DNA of 64,000 nt. It comes from Cenococcum geophilum (lineage: Eukaryota). The translations under genes were made by a program, and so were the position numbers. Positions 63,713-64,000 of this stretch are shown here, piece by piece. The notes beneath the pieces were generated by a model. It had not been told where the DNA came from. It ran no database searches and worked only from the letters and a program-made list of their open reading frames with translations. Numbering within the stretch: position 1 is the stretch's first letter; every line of letters begins with the position of its first letter. The stretch is taken from assembly GCA_050273025.1 (NCBI GenBank), contig CP158635.1:12524001-12588000 (forward strand), read 5' to 3'.

Positions 63713-64000
63713 ACATACAGCGTACTTAGTATATTTCGTAGACGTAGTATTAAATACTTAAAGGACTATAGTCCCTACCTAGATAGTTCTCTTCTTTATA
63801 GTAAATCTTAGAATATAATTAGAGTTACTCTATTAGATAACCTACTCTACTAGTTATATTTATATTGTTAACTATTATATACCTATATACCTAGCCTATT
63901 AATAAGTCTACCGTGGTATTTCCTATAAGGCTTTATTCTATATTTACTACTAAGGTTATAGTAAAGGAAGTTAAATAACATGCTGCCTAAAGCACTAGTT

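Larger units (their letters stand above)
45637..64000 (+). mobile_element. Gypsy family C element (5' LTR 45637-45838; gag pieces ~46060-46757 and 62593 onward; runs off the window end), host of nested insertions
   Basis: The LTR is homologous to the solo LTRs at 11580 and 26750. The reading frame continues across the family-A insertion (YLSFIY|KDPFKV). Confidence 0.75.

Overview
Filamentous-ascomycete genomic DNA. It looks Dothideomycete-like and TE-rich; the taxon is inferred, not proven. Two GC-balanced gene islands (~13.4-26.0 kb and ~36.0-39.65 kb) sit between long blocks of TpA-rich, CpA/TpG-depleted transposon DNA typical of RIP (repeat-induced point mutation). Five intact intron-containing genes are present: a serine O-succinyl/homoserine O-acyltransferase-family gene, an F-box/WD40 gene, a mitochondrial phosphate carrier, a secreted type-B carboxylesterase/lipase and ADE8. 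There is also a decayed AA9 LPMO pseudogene. The repeat blocks resolve into nested elements, most with readable target-site duplications (TSDs): three Gypsy families that all show a self-priming signature, several solo LTRs, a Crypton, a Tc1 element split by a Helentron/Helitron2-like element carrying cargo, two LINEs and several MITEs. The most striking item is a complete HDV-like self-cleaving ribozyme fold at the 5' end of a deleted LINE (57095-57179). All calls were read by eye; no searches or folding programs were run.
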